A stretch of DNA of 64,000 nucleotides from Octopus bimaculoides. Lineage: Eukaryota. The DNA lies in NCBI RefSeq assembly GCF_001194135.2, contig NC_068993.1, forward strand, positions 10,452,231-10,516,230, read 5' to 3'. The notes beneath the pieces are model-generated. The model was given only the letters and a program-made list of their open reading frames with translations, was not told the DNA's origin and searched no databases. Every line of letters begins with the position of its first letter. Within the stretch, counting starts at the first letter, position 1. The position numbers and the translations under genes were made by a program. Below, in pieces: positions 40,725 to 53,481 of this stretch.

Positions 40725-40890
40725 CAGAATTGTTGGCATGCCGGGTGAAAAGCTTTGTGGTATTTCATCTGTCTTTATATTCTGAGTTCAAATTCTGCCA
40801 AGGTCAGGTTTGCCTTTCATTCTTTCAGGGTTAATAGAATAAATACCAGCTGAGCATCAGGGTCAATGTAACTGACTTAACTACTCCTGG
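40725..40890 (+). mobile_element. SINE family B
   Basis: gagctggcagaattgttggcatgccgggtgaaaagct...tctgagttcaaattctgcc...gcctttcattctttcagggg. Confidence 0.75.
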
Positions 40891-41680
40891 GCATGAGCAT
40901 AAAAACTGCATCCCTCTGCCAAACCATGTTGAACCAGTGTAGCAGAGTAAGCTCATCAAACCAGAATGATCTTGAGTCATTCTCTGGCAGAGAGAACATG
41001 CTGAGGCTTTTGTCCTGAAGCAGACTGAAAATGGGCAATCCAATGCAATCCAGATGAAGTCTTATTGGCTGGAACTGACTTTATGAACTGTAAAGGGATG
41101 ATAGGTCAAGGTGACTCCAGCAAGCTGTATATAGCTAGACTCAAGAGGAGAAGCAACTAAAGGAGGCCAAGTTGTCAATCTGTTGATCTGCCATTCCATG
41201 AATAGTTTATTTGATTATTTCAGCTTTAAAAGACAGCATTTTTATTATATTTATTTATTTATTATTGGTAATCTTTAGCCAAGGGATAGCAACACCTTTG
41301 CAGGCAGGCTACTGTCACAGGTGACAGTGATATGGTTGTTGTTTAGTTTGTTGAACATTTTTAAGTCAATGGCTGCAGGGAAAGAAATTCCAGAGAATTG
41401 ACATTCTGGGACAAGAGGAACGGGGGACAAAGCAGCAAGTGCAGTGGGACTGGGTAATGAGAGAAAAGTATGTCAAGTGGAGGAAGGACTGTGTGTGACA
41501 AAAGAAGAAAGAGTCTAGAGTGTCAGGCAAGGCAACTAATGAGTTCAGAGACAGGAAAGAAACTGTTGTAGCAATGACAGAACAGGTAGCATGAAGAGAC
41601 GTACAAATAAATGTTCAAAATTATAGCTTTTCATTTGACAAAGAAAGAAGATTTCTCTTTCTCTCCCTCTCTAATATATA

Positions 41681-42070
41681 CAGGGCGAGTAAGATATTTG
41701 AGGACAGATTTATGTTTATAAAAAAACATATATAATAACAGATAATAGCTATATCAAAAAATGCTATGAGGATAAAAATAAACCTTCTCTTCTAAAATAT
41801 CATTTTAAAAAGTCACCTTCAACTTCAACAACTACTTCTATATGAAATCTAAATCTACATGCTCAAATCAAATGGTCCTGGCTCATTTTGGACATTACTC
41901 TGACTATGGCAGCTTTCAAAGAATCTTTGGTGTTATGGGCATGTTCATTGACCTCTTTCTCAACAAGGTCCAATGGAGTGCGATCTGGGGAATTAGGAGG
42001 CCAAATATTAGCCATGCCTACCTGATCTTTCACTCCTCTAGACATGCTACCTAAGACTATGTTATCCATA
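41681..42070 (-). mobile_element. Tc1/mariner (maT/DD37D-like) transposase 3' remnant with terminal sequence
   Basis: Translation IWPPNSPDRTPLDLVEKEVNEHAHNTKDSLKAAIVRVMSKMSQDHLI*ACRFRFHIEVVVEVEGDFLK* carries the WPPNSPDLNPLD-type motif and a typical C-terminus. TA|CAGGG terminus at 41681. Confidence 0.85.
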
Positions 42071-43064
42071 GCTTGTCATGGGAAGAAGATTTGGCTGCAA
42101 TTTCAGGTAGTTTTAATGGCTATGCAAAGGCTACTCCACACCCTTATATGCACTATCTGATGAGTGAAATAGAAAATGGAACATCATAAGATTTAGTGAA
42201 CTTCAAAGATCTGGCAAAGTGCTAAAAGAAATAAAACATTACTATCTTTTCTGCTACATCAGTGGGTTTTCTAGATATGAGGAATGGTGTTAAGGAATTC
42301 AACAATATTTCTGATCAAGTTGCCAAATGTACCTTGAAGATATCAAAGAAGTACAACCTCAAAATAACCCAAGTATTTGTACTAACATTTGCAAGAACTT
42401 AAGAACTGGAACTATTTAAAGAAGATATTGATGAGGCAAGTGACCGTAATAAGATGTTTTAAGCACTAAGAACAAGAAAATGAGTACTGTTGAGTAAAAT
42501 TATCACAATGTAAAAGAAATGACAAGACAAACCCTCAGACATTTCTATCTGTCAAAAGGCATAAAAAAACCATCTTGAAAATAAGCATAAACAAATAGAC
42601 ATGAAGAGCTCAATTTTCAATGAGATATTTTATAATCATATCATAGGAACATTCAAGTATTTAACAAAGTCAAAACTAGAATGAATGTTAAGTGGCAAGC
42701 TTTAAAATCAACTTGCAAAATGGAAGAAATAACTCTACTCCAAGAACAAACCAATAAGCATTGACAAGATCATTTTCAAGCTGACCTTAGCACAATGATA
42801 ATTAAACAACTAACACAAAGTGACGGCATTGACATTTCAAAAGAGAATCTAGAAAAAGCCCTCATTACATCAACTGAATACTACAGGGAAACATTAGAGA
42901 AAAACAACTACATCAAGAATCTTGAAACTGATAGAAATAATATGAAAAAAAAATCTTCTAGATAACTCAGAGATACAATGGAAACAGCAGAATTATATAA
43001 ACAGATAATTGGAAAATGGTGAGGATTGAAGAAAACACAACAAAGACATAATAGAATTAATTTG

Positions 43065-43395
43065 ATTGGGTTCAGTCCCACTGTGTGACACCTTGAGCAG
43101 GTTTCTCCTAATAGAGGTAGAAGTAAACCAGTGTCTTGTGAATGAATTTGGTAGACGGAAACTATGAGCAAGCTTGTCGTGTGTGTGTGTGTGTGTGTGT
43201 TGTGTCTATTTGCTGCCGCTGCCTCTACTGCTTGACAATTGGTGTTGGTTTGCTTATGTCCATGTAACATGGTGGCTTGGGAAAAGAGACAGGTAGACAA
43301 GTACCAGACTTAAAAATAAGTACTGGGGGCGATTTGTTAGGTAGCGTCCCATCATGGCTGCAGTCCAACTGAATAACATTGGTGTAAAAAGAAAA
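43065..43395 (+). mobile_element. SINE family A, diverged
   Basis: gggttcagtcccactgtgtgacaccttgagca...gtagacggaaact...catcatggctgcagtc. Confidence 0.7.
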
Positions 43396-43549
43396 AAAAA
43401 AAGATAAAATAAAGATTAAAAGGAAATTATTTAAATCTGTTTAAAAAAATAAAGAGAAAACCCCAAAAGGAAAGCATTACAAGAAAACAGAGCCATCACG
43501 AATTGCAAAAATAAGATTGTAGAAAGGTCACTGGAGCCACAATAATAAC

Positions 43550-43768
43550 CCTTTCTAATATAGGCACAAGGCCTGAAGTTGGAGAGGGGGATACAGTCGA
43601 TTACATCGACCCCAATGCTCAGCTGGTACTACTTATTTCATCGACTTCGAAAGGATGAAAGGCAAAGTCGACTTCGGCGGAATTTGAACTCAGAACGGAG
43701 CGATGGGAGAAAATACCGCTAAGCATTTCGTCCAGCGTGTTAACGATTCTGCCAGCTCGCCGCCACAA
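43550..43768 (-). mobile_element. SINE family B, young
   Basis: Full match with CpGs retained. Confidence 0.85.
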
Positions 43769-44480
43769 GCTCCAAAACAAAACACTTGCTTTTAAAATGC
43801 AGGAGCTACTATATTGCATTAACTTTGCTAAGCTCTTAAGTGTTTGTCTCAAGTAAAGCTCAATAGTCACCATACAAAAAAGAAGGGGGGGGGGCGAAGA
43901 AAAGACCTAATAAACTAGAGGACTATCAAACTTCTAAAGTGCCATACGTAAGTTATTTACATAAACCGTAATGAACAGAATTAAGAATGGACGAAAAGCA
44001 GACACGTGAACGAGCGGAATTTCGAGGCGCATTTATTTTCATCACTGCCCACCTATAATTAGCCATGAACTAACTAATCGAAGAAAAAAAAATAAAAGAA
44101 AAAAATTAGCGGAACATAACAACCACCTATGTATGCATGTATATAGGCCTTTACAGACGTCCCAAAAAGCGTTCGATTCTGGAAAATTCCAGCAGTTATG
44201 GCACGTATAATAGAAGTGGAGAAACATTAAAGATCAACGCTTTAAAACATGCCTTATTATAAGGTTTTATTAGGCTGCACAACAGATACGAAGCAATGTC
44301 ATGCCCCCGCCCCAAAGGCTAATGACATCGATATTTTATTTCACCTAACGTTTTAACAAAACTGCACAGGGATGAATGAAGGTGAAACAGTCAGTAGTCA
44401 TGTATTAGAATTACAAGATAAATCAGGGCCTCAAACTATGTGTTAGAACTAAATGCAGAAAGCAAGGACAGAACTAATGA

Positions 44481-44527
<47 letters not shown>

Positions 44528-45010
44528 NNNNNNNNNNNNNNNNNNNNNNNNNNNNNNNNNNNNNNNNNNNNNNNNNNNNNNNNNNNNNNNNNNNNNNNNN
44601 NNNNNNNNNNNNNNNNNNNNNNNNNNNNNNNNNNNNNNNNNNNNNNNNNNNNNNNNNNNNNNNNNNNNNNNNNNNNNNNNNNNNNNNNNNNNNNNNNNNN
44701 NNNNNNNNNNNNNNNNNNNNNNNNNNNNNNNNNNNNNNNNNNNNNNNNNNATATAGGGAGAGCGAGAGAGGGGGAGAATACTTTTACAAGAAGGGAGGGG
44801 TGTCTGGCTTCAAAGTTTCGGTTGGCTACCCTTCGTCAGACTCAGAAAGTACTAAGTAATTCTTCAGTTTAATGTTAAATTGTTTTTATATATATAACTT
44901 GACATAAAAAAAACAAACACCTATATCTGTACGATTTCGATACAAAAACAAACTGATGTAACATCTGCTCAAGTTAAAACAACTAGTTACACTGACCTCG
45001 GTCAACAAGT

Positions 45011-45045
<35 letters not shown>

Positions 45046-45064
45046 AAAATCCCGGTTGATTTAC

Positions 45065-45107
45065 CTCGGCGAATAACTCTTCGGGAGTGGAGATGATTTT
45101 CATGTTT
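45065..45107 (-). CDS. Probable small N-terminal coding exon (NMKIISTPEELFAE)
   Basis: Acceptor CTTTTTTAAAG|, donor GAG|GTAAAT, 43 nt. It ends in phase 0 and joins 36979 in frame, has its own ATG (45103), and its phase-2 start fits the exon ending at 45221. Confidence 0.55.
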
Positions 45108-45220
45108 CTTTAAAAAAGTAGATGCACCTAAGCCTTCCTTAAAAGACAGGTTTCATGGAACCTGGTAACAGATTTCAGAAGCAAATACCAAAATGTAAAA
45201 AATAAAAAAAAAATGCTCAC

Positions 45221-45231
45221 GGACGCGTCAT
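45221..45231 (-). CDS. Probable initiator segment (ATG ACG CGT CC; MTRP) in exon 45221-45264
   Basis: Exon bounded by TTTCGTTTCTTCAG| and CC|GTGAGC. A 113-nt intron leads to 45107, giving in-frame MTRPNMKIISTPEELFAE-ETLSG... Confidence 0.45.
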
Positions 45232-45295
45232 GCTTGGATTGGCTATAAACAACGAAATGGATCCCTGAAGAAACGAAACTAAATGGCACTCTTAT

Positions 45296-45624
45296 CTTTT
45301 ACTCGTTTCAATCATTGAACTGCGGCCTTGCTGGGGCACCTCGTTGAAGGATTTAGTTGAAACAAATCGATCCAAGTACTTTAAGCCAGGCACTTATTCT
45401 CGTTCACTTTCGCTGAACTGCTAAGTTATAGGGACGTAAACAAACCGACACACACACACACACACAGCTTGTTTCAGTTCCCATCTACATACAAATCCAC
45501 TTACAAGGCTTTGGTCGGCCCAGGATTATGGAAGAAGACATTTGCCTAAGATGCCGTGTAGTACGATTGAACCTGAAACCATGTGGTTGGGAACCAAACT
45601 TCTTAGCACACAGCCATGTCTGCG
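45296..45624 (-). mobile_element. SINE family A
   Basis: Tail, core and head all recognisable. It lies ~30 nt upstream of the 45264 acceptor. Confidence 0.75.
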
Positions 45625-46037
45625 TCAGAACTCCACGGTGGGTTCCAAAATTTGCAAAATGATCGTTGAGTTAATAATTGACAGGATAATTCTTAGAAAT
45701 GATTGATAAACAAGAAGTGGACGAAACAAGCAGAGGGACTGGACACCGAGGGAACGTAAAGAAAGGAAGAATGATGAAGGAGAGGGGGGAAAAACCCTTA
45801 AATAAACTACACAAAATTTGAGGATCAGAAATCCAAGACGGAAAAAGATGGAAAAATAAAAGACTTTTATCGAGCAAAGAGGAAAACGAAACTAATTTGA
45901 TGGAAACGGTATACATTTCAAAACAATCCAAAACGATTTGGAATTAAAATACATACCTTTCTAAAAAGAAAAAAATGATAAATAATAAATATAAAATAAT
46001 AAAGTCCCAGTGCAGACCTGAACCACTTATCTCTTAC

Positions 46038-46350
46038 TTCCTAAACGATGTTTAATAGGCGACAGGGTTCGTGGGGGTTTTCGCTCCGATATAAAGCAAA
46101 GTTACAATTAAATTCCAAATTGTGTACAACTATATAAAATATTCGTTTTATATACACCGTTATACGTTTGAAATTACAGACCAAAGAAAAAAAAAAAGTT
46201 TGAACTACTCTATATAATGTAATGGAATTCACACTCTGAGTTTTCTTTCTTTCTCTCTCTCTCTCTCTCACTCTCACACACACACACGCAAATGTATGTA
46301 TATATGAATATGTATGTGTGCCGCGTGTATAAAAGCTGCAAGAATGCACA
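46038..46350 (-). other. Candidate alternative non-coding first exon
   Basis: Donor GAA|GTAAGA at 46038/46037 in CpG-rich sequence ~0.8 kb upstream of the 45264 acceptor. Start approximate. Confidence 0.35.
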
Positions 46351-47649
46351 CAATGTGAACTGTTGATTTATTTATAGCTTAAGATAAACATTGCTGAAAT
46401 ATATGCCCTGTCTGAAAAGGAAAGGGTTGTCTTAGAGTCGGTGGGGAGGGCATTTCTATCTATCTATCCTTTCTTTCTCTCTATCTGTCTCCTCTTTCAC
46501 AATATACACACATGTTGAACATTTGAAAAATAGAAAAAAGCGAGGAAGTGTTTATTTATTTATAACAAAGATACGGGTTCAACAAGTTGGTTCTCCAGAA
46601 GCAATTTGATTTATATCTGCCGGTGGTTGATGATGGTTGTAAACTGTTGTCTAGCGTCACGACCTAGCCAGCATTCTTTTTTCTTTTTTTTTCTTATATC
46701 AGGGGACATTAGTTCAACGGGTCCTTTGTTTTTTTAAAGAGTATTTTTGAAGAAATTTGACTATTTCTAGCAGATCGAAAGGCCACGTAGAGACACACTC
46801 GTTTGGCTGCTGTGGTTGTTTCGCCTCAGGTCATTGGTGGTCGAATAGACTTGTGATCAAAACCACTTGGTTAATATTAACCAACCACTTCAGCTGTGAT
46901 TCTCTCATCTTTTCCCTAAGTGCAGGGAATGCAGGAACACATTAAACAACGTGCCCTCATCAAAAATGTCGAGGGAGGGAACATATTGATGAAGACTGAG
47001 CTGCTATTTCAAGTAAACCGAGCAACCACGTAAAAAAAAGCTCTATGTTAGTGATACTTCTAGATAGATTGTGGATATATATAACAAAAAGTTGTTGAAG
47101 TTAAAGAATGATTTTGAAGGAATAAAGACGGGGTGGAGGCGTTGAACAAAGCACTACCCTCACAAAATAACCCCACCAAAGTAAAATAAACAGACAGACC
47201 AACCACCATGAATGATATTACATAATGAAACATCGTTCTTTCTCTCTCTTTTGGTAATTTTGAGGAAGAAAAAAAAATATATAAGAAGCAAACTGCTTTT
47301 TATTTTTTAGCACCAACACCTGTTGGTAAAATACTACGGATTTTTTTTTCTTTTTATCATTTGTAAAAATAATAATAATAAATAAATAGAAGGGACAAAC
47401 AATAGACTTCATTGAAGAACAAATCTTCCCTTATCCCAAATACCTTTCGGTGTGTGTGTGTGTGTGTGTGTGTGTACACGTACATACGTGTAAAATGTAT
47501 GTGTTTGTGTATATGATTGTATACCTGTCAGCAGTGCGGCGACTGATATCCTAATTCTTGTGCATTTTATATACCGCCAATGTCAGTGCATGAAATGCCA
47601 TACCTTTCATAGTAATAAGAAAAGGCCTTAAGCAGACGCAAGTACTTAC

Positions 47650-47900
47650 ATGGGGTACATGTTAGGGAGGAGGAGGAGGAAGAGGAATAAGATAAAAACA
47701 GAAAGGTGTGCGGAAGATAGATAAATAGACACTGAGGGAGGGAAAGGGAAAAAAAGAGAGAAAGAGAGAGAGAGAGGCAGAGAAAAGTACGGAGGTATGG
47801 AAGACAGAGTGAAAGGCGGAGGAAGGGCAGTGGGTAAGGAAGAGAATCGGTTCACTGAAGGGAATCTATTGTTAGAGAAGATAGAACGTGGTGGGAGGGG
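47650..47900 (-). other. Candidate alternative first exon with short coding start (ATG TAC CCC AT|)
   Basis: Donor CCCAT|GTAAGT at 47650/47649, CT-rich leader, ATG at 47660. Its phase-2 end is in frame with the exon at 45107. Start approximate. Confidence 0.35.
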
Positions 47901-48223
47901 AAAGGTAGAAAAAAAACGTGTGTTAATTTAGTATGTATGGTATGTGCAGTTAAGTAGTAGTGTACAGGTAGGTAGGTATATATATATGTGTGTGTGTATA
48001 ATTGACGGGCAAGGTGGTATGATAGCAGGTTGGTAAGGTGTGTATGTATATAATTCGTAATTATATATATGAGAGGTTTTGGTATCCAGAAGATCCAAAA
48101 GCAGGTAAAGCTATGTAAGTGCTACGGAAGGAACGCTGTTAGACACCCGGTTCGATAACAGTATGAGTGAGGAGTTTAACACAGGTCGTGTATAGGTTAA
48201 ATAAAGTGAGATAACGAAGCCAA

Positions 48224-48710
48224 GGCAGTGTGAAATTTCTGGGACATTTTATAAAGAGAAAGGTAGTCTTACAGCTGTTTCAGGGATATAAAAGATATCC
48301 CATCATCAGAGACGATAGGAGAGAGTTAAATAGAAGATAATAGTAGAGTTCAATATAAGAAGTTATTTTTTACACTACATGCAATTAATACCTGCTCACT
48401 GTCCATTTGTAATAACAAGATATGAACTATCGGAACTTACATACCATGGACAAGAAGCCTTTTTATCCATTCTACACAACACATTCCTTGGATAATGGAA
48501 CAGCAAATTTAACATCCAACATATATCTATATTTTTATTCTATTTCTCTTTATACTTCCTATATCATTCCCTTTCCAAAATAACTTGTATTGAACTACTA
48601 TTTTCTTCTATTTAACTATCTCATATTGTCTCTAATGATGGGATATCTTTTATAACCCTGCAACAGCTGTAAAACTACCCCATAAAATGTCCTAGAAATT
48701 TCACACTGCC
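48224..48710. mobile_element. Fold-back element with ~130-150-bp inverted arms, probably a Penelope-like retroelement remnant
   Basis: The arm at 48224-~48370 is the reverse complement (with indels) of ~48584-48710, and both arms carry the hammerhead motif. Confidence 0.65.
48266..48313 (-). ncRNA. Minimal type I hammerhead ribozyme of the Penelope-like-element type
   Basis: Minus strand: GUCU-CUGAUGA-U-GGGAUAU-cuuuu-AUAUCCC-U-GAA-ACAGCUGU-A-AGAC. Intact core boxes, perfect 7-bp stem II, palindromic stem III, 4-bp stem I. Predicted cut between 48270 and 48269. Confidence 0.75.
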
Positions 48711-49052
48711 CTGTATGTACGTGGTGGCCGTGGAGTGGTTGGTAGAAAATAACGCTTGCAGTAATGAACGGGTGTACGGTCAATGACAACTGACTGACCG
48801 AACAAGTCAGTCGACCATGGTAATATATAAATAAATGAAAATAGCTACCGCTAAAATAACGAACTAGTGGCGGGGAAAATAGCTGGCCCATGGTCTCGCT
48901 CGACCGGTAAAAACAAAACAAAGAATAGTCTATTCCTTTTCAAATTACACACCTTAACCGTTTTAAGAGAAGGACAATAATAATGTGGTTTTGGGTACAC
49001 TATATATGACCAGCTGGAAGAGATGTCCTCTTTCTGTATGTATGTATGTATG

Positions 49053-49085
<33 letters not shown>

Positions 49086-49214
49086 GGAGAGAGAGAGAAA
49101 ATCAGCTCTGGAACACTGTTGTAAGGTCAGTGTGGCAGTCTTTACGTGGTCGTTCAGTCCGCTAGAGATAGCAGCCAAATTTCCTTCCTGGCAGTGTACC
49201 GTCTTCTGTGCATC

Positions 49215-49540
49215 TTTTACATATTTTAGTCACTGGACTGCGGCGATGCTGAGACATCGCCATGAAAGGCTTAGTCGAACAAAATAAAACCCCAGTGTTT
49301 ATTATTTTTTTAAAAGCCTGATACTTATTCTGTCTGTCTCTTTTGCTGAAATGCTACCTTACGGAGACGTAAACAAACCAATACCGGTTGCACGTAAAGA
49401 ATAACATTCACAAAACGGTATACCCACAAAGCTTTGGTCTGCCTGGGGTTATAGTAAAAGACATTTGCAGAAAATGCCAGGCAGTAGGACTGAACTCAGA
49501 TCCATAAGGTTGAGAAGCTAACTTCTTATCACACAGCCAA
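49215..49540 (-). mobile_element. SINE family A
   Basis: gtcactggactgcggcgatgctg...ggactgaactcagatccataaggttg...cacacagcc. Confidence 0.7.
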
Positions 49541-49959
49541 AAAGCAGAGTAAGGACAAATTCTGAAGAAAAAGAGAGGGGGCCCATTTGTCAAAACTTGT
49601 TCATCTCGGTGGAGAATTGAATAGCAATTACCATTAAAAATTGTGCTTGAACAAGCTTAAAAAAAATAAAGATGGAGCAACAGTTATTTGTAAACAAGAT
49701 ATAAAATGTCTATGTACCTACCCCGGTGCTTGATTATCAGACGGACGGATTGATTGATTGATAAACAGTGCGAGCAAGTTGAAACTGTATATGCGGAAAT
49801 ATTGAAATTATTTAAATGAGTCGCGGCTTGGTTTATTATTATTATAAGAAAATAATAATAAAAAATGTATTGGAATCACTCCAAGCACTTAGACTTCATT
49901 ATAGTAACAGGATGGACGTTGTTTTTGCATTATTGCCGCACCGCCCTATATTGTAAACT

Positions 49960-50580
49960 GCATTATATTATGAAAACATTACATAACCTCGAGGGTGACA
50001 TAACATTTAAGCTATGACCACAACCCACAGCTAATGGTTTTATTTTTATTTTAAGGCGAAAACTCAAAAATCTGTTTATTTTTCCACAGGAAGGGCGGAG
50101 TAAATGTGATAAACAAGTAAATAGATAGAGAGAATGAGACAGACAGATAGACGGACAGAGGTATACAGATAGATCGATAGACAGACAAACAGAGGTATAT
50201 AGATAGATAGAGGTATACACACAGATAGACAGACGAAGGTATACAGATAGATAGATAGATAGATAGATAGACAGACAGAGGTATACAGATAAATAGACAG
50301 ACAGAAGCATACAGATAGATAGACAGACAGAAGCATACAGATAAATAGACAGACAGAAGTATACAGATAAATAGACAGAGGTATATAGATAAATAGACAG
50401 ACAGAAGTATATAGATAAATAGACAGACAGAAGTATATAGATAAATAGACAGACAGAGGTATACAGATAAATAGACAGAGAGATATAGACAGATAAATTG
50501 ACGGAAGCATACAAATAGACAGAGCCGGAGAGAGATAGTTAGACAGATAGACCAACAAACATAGACAGACAAAACAATCG
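49960..50580. repeat. Compound (ATAG/ACAG)n minisatellite
   Basis: Variable units such as GACAGAGGTATACAGATAAATA; this accounts for the three long low-complexity ORFs in the track. Confidence 0.9.
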
Positions 50581-53135
50581 ACACGCATTATCTGACTGGT
50601 AATTTATTAACCCTCACATGAAAAATAAAGGCCTTGACAGGGTTTAAACTTGATTTAAGGATTACGTGAAACACTCGACTAGTTATTTCTTGTGTATGTG
50701 GAAGACACGAAGCCGTATAATTTACGGGGAATGGGGAACGACTGAGAATGGTGTGCTTCATGGCTTTTACTCAACAAGTAGTTAAAGCTTAAGTGAAACA
50801 ATACATCTGCAGTTTTCATTTTTATTTACTTATATTTAATTTCTTTTTATTCAATCTTTGGAGCTGAAATTGCTCTTCAGCAGAGTGACAGCATTGCGAC
50901 AAAGTGCATCAAAGAAATTTCCTGACGATATTTCTTTGGATTTACCAAAGAATGAGTCTTTCTTAGTAATATGCCGACATGCTAGAAATAGCGACCAAAT
51001 CTCTTAAATCATTACATTACCGTGTTACAGAAAGAACACATCGGATAATGAAATCCGTATAATACATTGTGCTTGAAAAAGAAACTCTGACAGTCACAGC
51101 CGAAACGTCTTTTCCCATAAATCTGCTGGAATATGGTTCTAAACAAAACTGACCATCTGACATGCAGACGACATTACCAGTTCGGGTTGTCATACATTCT
51201 GTAAGCAACGACGAAGAATATATATGGAGCGTGTTGTTATTCTAAATTCAATCCGAAATCCAACATAGACACTGAATGTATAAGTTTTTCCGGCATCTCA
51301 TATTTCAATAATACAGAAGAGATTAGTTTACGAAACCTATCTGTATCAAATGCGATATGATTAATTTTGAGCTGGTACGAAAGTTGGGCATTATCGATAG
51401 CAGTCTTTCTCATGGGCACGACCAAATAACCATTGTCTTCACATACAATCAACAGGTTCCGTTCACAATTGAATGCAGACTGGGGAAATCGTGACAGCAC
51501 TGTTAATGTTTAAACCGAGCTGTTGTGTAGATAGAGAAAATAAATGCTGGGCTTCAGTTGAATGCATTAACAATGAACAAGATGTTAATATTTAAAACTT
51601 AGGTTAGACACGAGTGAGAACTTCAAGGTGTCTTTTTAATAATATTTTTTGAGGTATATAGAAGACTACACAATCTAATATGTAATACCTTATGGCAGTA
51701 CTGTGTAGTTTTGATGAGATCTGGTGGTTCTTGCTAGCAACTCCAGCAAAAAGAGGCCTCTCTTTTTGCTTGCAACAAATCACATTTGACACACAGTTTA
51801 GTTTGATGATTGTCTTTCAATAAAATTAATTAGTGCACAATTTCCGATAGCTTTATGGAGTTTCAGGTAGTTACCATTGCTTTGATGCATTTTCACATGG
51901 TTTTTGAAACACCATTTTGATAAAGAGATACGAACAATGCATTTCATATGGCATTTCTTTTTCCTTTTATTACTAAGACATGAGGTTAATTTCGTAAGGG
52001 GAAGAAACGGAAAACGACTGACCGGATAAAAATAAAACTTATTGATATTGTATCGGATATGTGACAGTGCTAGGCTGCGTCAGCTAAAATGCAAGATAGT
52101 ACCAAGCAATAAAATCCCAAATGTGACATGCTAGCAACCATTCTTGAAGGTTGGATATGTAAAAGCAACAATGCCAGAGTAAACACACTGGTATGATGAA
52201 AGATGAGACATTCTCCAATGTCCAAATATATATTTTTCAGCGGACAACAAACATTTCCCCACTAAAATTCATTATCGACCATGAAATCAAGAAATATACG
52301 AGAAATGAACTAATAAGCTATGAGAATAGAGCCTCAAATTTGCAAGGCAAAGAGGAGAGGAAACAGGATTTTTTGACGTTCAAGTTTTTTTTTGCAGACG
52401 ACAGAACTAGCTAGGGCAAACGACAGAACCAGTCCACATCAAACAGATTTATCATAAAAGGCTTCTAGTTGTGTGTCCTTCCCATCTTGAAAGCAATACA
52501 AGTGTGGTATGAGGGAACATTTGACTACTATTTCTAGTCGGGAATAATGTCAACTTTGTGGTTCCCTCGTTGGGTTCGTTTCTTTCTCACCCCCCCCCCC
52601 CNNNNNNNNNNAACAACCAAAGTGATATCGATTCCAAGAAGACATCATGCCAACGATTTACAACTGCAGCATAATTTCTTATTATCTGCCCGTCATAGAT
52701 ACAAACTTCTAAAGAACTAAATTGCGATTCCTGGTTGAATTATTTTCACTTCTCTAATGTTCCTGAGAAAGACATAGACGTTAGAAACACTTTGTTTCTA
52801 TTCTTTCTATTAAATTTGAGGCCTCGGTGTATTGCAGAACGATCGATATTGCATGTACAATAGCAGAAACCACCTTGTTGCGTTATTTATAAAACAGAAG
52901 AGAAGGAAAAAGACAAAATGGAAGCGGGGATGGCGGCAGAAGGAGAGACAGTAAGCGTGCGTGTGTTATGTAATGGACAGTTTGTAGTTTGCAATGAGCG
53001 TCACATGCCACTAGCAATTTAGGAAGTATTTAACATTGTTGACTGTTTTGTCAACTAAAGTGTGTGCACATTATACACACACTAATACATGTATACACAC
53101 ACACAAATATATATATATATATATATATACACAAA

Positions 53136-53481
53136 TACTCTTTACTCTTTTACTTTTTTACTTGTTTCAGTCATTTGACTGCGGCCATGCTGGAGCACCG
53201 CCTTTAGCCGAGCAAATCGACCCCAGGACTTATTCTTTGTAAGCCTAGTACTTATTCTATCGATCTCTTTTGCCGAACCGCTAAGTTACGGGGACGTAAA
53301 CACACCAGCATCGGTTGTCAAGCAATGTTGGGGGGACAAACATATACATACATATATATATACATATATACGACGGGCTTCTTTCAGTTTCCGTCTACCA
53401 AATCCACTCACAAGGCTTTGGTCGGCCCGAGGCTATAGTAGAAGACACTTGCCCAAGGTGCCACGCAGTGGGAACGAACCC
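53136..53481 (-). mobile_element. SINE family A, very young copy truncated by an assembly gap
   Basis: All CpGs retained; consensus-like. Confidence 0.9.

Noticed and set aside
42100-42960. A-rich stretch resembling a decayed ORF
   Set aside because: Many stops and no motif I can assign; possibly an old LINE fragment, but unsupported.
49963-50588. Three overlapping 170-183 aa ORFs
   Set aside because: They are translations of an (ATAG/ACAG)n minisatellite (YLSVYL repeats) with no coding signature.
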